Positions 61,027-64,000 of a stretch of 64,000 bases of DNA are shown here, piece after piece. Source of the stretch: Squalus acanthias (lineage: Eukaryota); contig CM059432.1 in NCBI GenBank assembly GCA_030390025.1, positions 64,544,001 to 64,608,000 of the forward strand, written 5' to 3'. Below the pieces are notes generated by a model. That model made no database searches, was not told the origin of the DNA, and saw only the letters and a list, made by a program, of their open reading frames with translations. Each line of letters begins with the position of its first letter. Position 1 is the first letter of the stretch. Made by a program: the position numbers and the translations under genes.

Positions 61027-61660
61027 GGGGGAAAAATTCGGTGGCGCACCCTTTGGGGCACTAACGTCGCCAGGGCGCTAATTTTAGCACCCCGAAAAAG
61101 TTAGCACCCCTGCGCCATAAATTCAGTAATAGCGCCCCAAGCAGGAGGCGGGGCACTACTAGAAGCGCTCCCCCTCCTTCTTGGGGTGCTACCAGTGAAT
61201 TTTGCGGTGCTACGTGCAACAGCGCCATGTGCATTGGCACGTAGCGCCGCGTAATTGCAGGCCTCCCTCCCTGATTAAAGGGGAGGGGCCTAGCGCTGCA
61301 CACACCGGGGCCCTGCTGGACCACTGGGGAGCAGGGTGCCGGGAAAACAGCCCAGCACTCAAGAGGAGTGCCGGGTTGAGTGATCGCGGCCGGCACCCCG
61401 AAGAAACAAGGGGAAGGGGACAGGTGCTGGCAGTTGGCCAAAAAAAATGGCCGCCCGACACCTGCCCTTTAAGTGGCATCGCCGCGGCTGCAAAAACGCC
61501 ACCCTGACCCTGTCGGACATATCGTCCGGCGATAGGCCAGGGGGCGCAACCCAAGGTTGCGGCCGGGGCGCGAGCGGGGTGCTGCGCACGGCGCTGCCGC
61601 TAACCTCCTGCTGAATTTCGCGGGGGACGTTAGTGGTGCCGCGCCCAGGTGCTAAATCAA
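61027..61660. mobile_element. Harbinger-type MITE, same family as 715-1319
   Basis: GGGGGAAAAATTCGG terminus; shares GGCGCTAATTTTAGC, CCCAGCACTCAAGAGGAGTGC and GCCCAGGTGCTA with 715-1319. Confidence 0.7.
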
Positions 61661-62253
61661 AGCAGTCTCAACTCATGACAGGGTGAGCTGGTGTGTTCCC
61701 TGAGCAGCGGGTAACCCGTGGGGGAGCATGTAAAATTACAAGGTAGACTCAAAATAGCATTAAATTGGCTGTTAACAAGCCATTTAATGATCTAAATTGT
61801 CTCCCCCGCCACTTGGTGTCGGGTCTGTTCTGCGCAGATAGACCCGACACCTCGGAGACTCGCGTGGAGGCGGGTTGACAGCGGGTTTCCTACCCACTAT
61901 CAATCTTTGCTATTTTGACAGCGGACCCGCCTCCAAACCTGCACTCTGAGCACCGGCAAAATTCAGTCCTTAGTGTTTACTCTGGCACAGAGATGAAAAA
62001 TGTCAAGAATACAATCTGCATATGCAGATAAAGAAACGTGCAGGTTACGAGTATTCTTTATAACACATGACAGTCCTCTAGTCTATGTGTGTCTCCCAGC
62101 TACCACAGGTCCCAGATTTACTGGAGGAGGCACCAAGCTACTAGAAAACTCCAGTTTGCCTGTTGGTAACCCAATACCAATCATCCAGGTAATTCCGTAC
62201 TAGGGTCAACTTTGTGACATTGACCAGGAGCTTCCTCGAAGCTGCTTCTGCAG

Positions 62254-64000
62254 TGACGCGGAGATGCCGGTGTTGGACTGGGGTGGACAAAATTGAGAGG
62301 TCGCACAACACCAGGTTATAGTCCAACAGTTTTATTTGAAATCACAAGCTTTCGGAGCTATCGATTTGCTCCTTCCTCAGGTGAAGTAAATTAGATACAG
62401 AATCTCCAAAGCATATATAGATGGAAAACAAAGCATGTGTACTTTACAATTGCAGACCAATAAATTAAATCATCCTGACTATCTGCCGAGGTGTGATAAA
62501 GTTAATTAAGTCAGCCAGGAAGGTACCACATCAAAGACATAGCAAGATACAACTGAGACAATGAGGTGTAGTCGCAGGGGTTCTAACGTGTCAAAAGCTG
62601 CCGTCTGTATGTAAAACGAAAAGCTTTAACATTTTTTTACTTTTTTACTGGGAAAATTTTTACTTTTTTACTGGGAATCACATCTGTGAACAAGCTAACG
62701 ACGACTCGAGTCCGGATCACGTCATGTATCATGACATAAACCCAAGATCCCGATTGAGACCGTCTTCATGAGTGCGGAACTTGGCTATCAGTTTCTGCTC
62801 GATGATTTTGCGTTGTCGTGTGTTTCTAAGGTTGCCTTGGAGAACGCTTACCCGCAGATCCGAGGCTGAATGTCCTTGACTGCTGAAGTGTTCCCCGACT
62901 GGGAGGTAACAATCCTGCCTGGCGATTGTTGCGCGGTGCTCGTTCATACGTTGTCTCAGTGTCTGCATGGTCTCGCCGATGTACCATGCCGCGGTGCATT
63001 CTTTCCTGCAACGTATGAGGTAGACAACGTTGGCCGAGTCACATGAGTATGTACCATGTACCTGGTGGGTAGTGTCCTCACGTGTGATGGTGGTATCTGT
63101 GTTGATGATCTGGCATGTCTTGCAGAGTTTGCCATGGCAGGGTTGTGTGGTGTCGTGGTCGCTGTTATCCTGAAAGCTGGGTAATTTGCTGCGAACGATG
63201 GTACTTCTGAGGTTAGGCGGCTGTTTGAAGGCAAGTAGTGGAGGCGTGGGGATGGCCTTAGCGAGGTGTTTGTCGTCATCGATGACATGTTGAAGGCTGC
63301 GAAGAACATGGCGTAGTTTCTCCGCTCCGGGGAAGTACTGGACGACGTAGGGTACCCTGTTGGTTGTGTCCCGTGTTTGCCTTCTGAGGAGGTCTATGCG
63401 ATTTTTCGCTGTGGCCCGTCGGAACTGTCGATCGATGAGTCGAGCGTCATATCCCGTTCTTACGAGGGCATTTTTCAGCGTCCGTAGGTGTCCATCGCGT
63501 TCCTCCTCGTCTGAGCAGATCCTGTGTATTCGCAGGGCTTGTCCATAGGGGATGGCTTCTTTAACATGGTTAGGGTGGAAGCTGGAGAAGTGGAGCATCG
63601 TGAGGTTGTCCGTGGGCTTGCGGTAGAGTGAAGTGCTGAGGTGTCCGTCTTTGATGGAGATTCGTGTGTCCAGGAATGAGACTGATTCTGAGGAGTAGTC
63701 CATGGTGAGTTTGATGGTGGGATGGAACATGTTTATGTTATCGTGTAGTCTTTTCAGTGATCCTTCGCCATGGGTCCAAAGGAAGAAAATGTCGTCGATG
63801 TATCTGGTATACAGCGTTGGCTGGAGGTCCTGTGCAGCGAAGAAGTCTTGCTCGAACTTGTGCATGAAGATGTTGGCGTATTGGGGTGCGAATTTGGTCC
63901 CCATGGCTCTTCCGTGTGTTTGGGTAAAAAAATGGTTGTCGAAGGTGAAGACATTGTGGTCAAGGATGAAGCGGATGAGTTGTAGGATGGCGTCTGGAGA
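62254..64000 (-). mobile_element. Penelope-like element (relative of 25431-27453), runs off the window end
   Basis: pLTR 62254-~62700 with hammerhead core at 62342-62380 (minus: CUGAGGA...GAAAGCUUG). Confidence 0.92.
62729..64000 (-). CDS. Penelope RT plus GIY-YIG endonuclease (partial, open to the window edge)
   Basis: MGTKFAPQYANIFM, RYIDDIF, NVVYLIRC, WYIGET; highly similar to 25759-27129. Confidence 0.9.
   Translation of the reverse strand, partial: SPDAILQLIRFILDHNVFTFDNHFFTQTHGRAMGTKFAPQYANIFMHKFEQDFFAAQDLQPTLYTRYIDDIFFLWTHGEGSLKRLHDNINMFHPTIKLTMDYSSESVSFLDTRISIKDGHLSTSLYRKPTDNLTMLHFSSFHPNHVKEAIPYGQALRIHRICSDEEERDGHLRTLKNALVRTGYDARLIDRQFRRATAKNRIDLLRRQTRDTTNRVPYVVQYFPGAEKLRHVLRSLQHVIDDDKHLAKAIPTPPLLAFKQPPNLRSTIVRSKLPSFQDNSDHDTTQPCHGKLCKTCQIINTDTTITREDTTHQVHGTYSCDSANVVYLIRCRKECTAAWYIGETMQTLRQRMNEHRATIARQDCYLPVGEHFSSQGHSASDLRVSVLQGNLRNTRQRKIIEQKLIAKFRTHEDGLNRDLGFMS

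Overview
Eukaryotic, almost certainly vertebrate, genomic DNA dominated by nested transposable elements. A DeuSINE resembling SacSINE1 and the CR1/L2/Penelope repeat mix suggest a cartilaginous fish (inference). I found no convincing host exon. The main feature is a ~16.3-kb full-length but decayed endogenous retrovirus (42428-58723, +). It has ~730-bp LTRs, a 4-bp GGAG target-site duplication (TSD), a tRNA-Lys-type primer binding site, a Gag with an N-terminal coiled coil and one CCHC knuckle, an in-frame TGA gag-pro junction, a YVDD RT, tandem tether/RNase H domains, integrase, and an Env with signal peptide, furin site and transmembrane segment, with no accessory genes. This fits a lokiretrovirus-like or basal spuma-related lineage better than canonical foamy or orthoretroviruses. 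The provirus sits in a LINE and is interrupted by a 1.65-kb solo LTR, a 4.1-kb two-gene Harbinger transposon whose spliced Myb/SANT gene is still intact, and a Harbinger MITE; removing the two Harbinger inserts restores the gag and integrase frames. The window also holds two more ~1.65-kb solo LTRs, several Harbinger elements and MITEs, Penelope-like elements with hammerhead ribozyme cores and inverted pLTR structures, nested CR1s and an L2. All coordinates and alignments were read by eye.
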